A stretch of 64,000 nt of DNA from Candidatus Woesearchaeota archaeon (GTDB lineage Archaea > Nanobdellota > Nanobdellia > Woesearchaeales > UBA10216), in contig JACPBX010000003.1 of NCBI GenBank assembly GCA_016180085.1, positions 64,001 to 128,000 on the forward strand. Direction: 5' to 3'. Positions 63,683 to 64,000 of this stretch are shown here, one piece after another. Each line of letters begins with the position of its first letter. Position 1 is the first letter of the stretch. Under the pieces are notes generated by a model, which made no database searches, had not been told where the DNA came from, and was given only the letters and a program-made list of their open reading frames with translations. Made by a program: the position numbers and the translations under genes.

Positions 63683-64000
63683 ATGAAGACTCTGCTGAAG
63701 GGATATTTCAAATACCTGTACAGTTCTGTAACAAGGCGTTACATGAAAGCCCTTTTTCTGCTTCTGGAAAAGAACCCCGAAGCTGTCCTCGTTGATGCAG
63801 GGTGCTGGAGTGGCGGCAATACTGCCGATTATGGAAAAGCGGTTGGCACAACAAGGCTGATAGGGCTGGAGCTTGTGCGTAGTGCTGCAAAAAAAGCGAT
63901 GGAAAAAGGCATTAGTGTCCTTATTGCCGACCTCAACAGGAAAATCCCTATGAAGCCTGCAACAGCTGACGTGGTTGTAGCCAATCACGTAATAGAGCAC
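63683..64000 (+). CDS. Class I SAM-dependent methyltransferase, 5' part, runs off the window
   Basis: Not in the ORF track. Manual translation gives MKTLLKG...VLVDAGCWSG...LIGLEL...IADLNRKIP...ADVVVANHVIEH with no stop to the window end. Confidence 0.85.
   Translation, partial: MKTLLKGYFKYLYSSVTRRYMKALFLLLEKNPEAVLVDAGCWSGGNTADYGKAVGTTRLIGLELVRSAAKKAMEKGISVLIADLNRKIPMKPATADVVVANHVIEH

Noticed and set aside
1-64000. CRISPR arrays, rRNA/tRNA genes, transposases, integrases
   Set aside because: No regularly spaced repeat-spacer array, no recognisable RNA gene and no DDE, HUH or tyrosine-recombinase ORF was seen.

Overview
Archaeal chromosomal DNA, most likely a DPANN (Woesearchaeota-like) lineage. 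This is an inference from recurrent BRE/TATA promoters, GGTGA/GGAGGTG ribosome-binding sites, many DPM1-like GT2 enzymes and N-x-S/T-rich secreted proteins; no marker gene is present. The window has two parts. (1) 1-11.8 kb is an AT-richer, same-strand (-) block of secreted or surface proteins. It includes a 1150-aa Cys-rich/CARDB protein ending in a GxSxG alpha/beta-hydrolase. This gene is followed by a small multi-TM protein, a diverged orphan copy of only the hydrolase-bearing C-terminus, a second multi-TM protein and a third, truncated copy. All three copies start at the same K-P-E-I-L-A-Y-G-N junction. This is the layout of a polymorphic toxin/immunity locus with orphan cassettes and is the best candidate for an undescribed system. 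(2) 11.9-64 kb is a very large surface-glycosylation cluster. It encodes nucleotide-sugar enzymes (RfbF/RfbG-like, RmlB-like, several epimerases, two DegT aminotransferases, two C-methyltransferases of which one is fused to a UXS-like decarboxylase, and heptose-pathway-like GmhA, PfkB and nucleotidyltransferase-GmhB proteins). It also encodes three TPP enzymes that lack their usual central-metabolism partners, about 7 polyprenol-phosphate GT2s, 5 GT-C-type membrane transferases and several flippases. Three strongly base-paired non-coding or inserted elements were found by reading the sequence: a perfect four-way-junction element (41361-41504), a chain of overlapping hairpins (22126-22259) and a 48-bp double hairpin inserted in frame in a methyltransferase gene (51810-51857). 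No rRNA, tRNA, CRISPR array, transposase or integrase was recognised. Many CDS starts were moved from the ORF track to the first plausible ATG/GTG.
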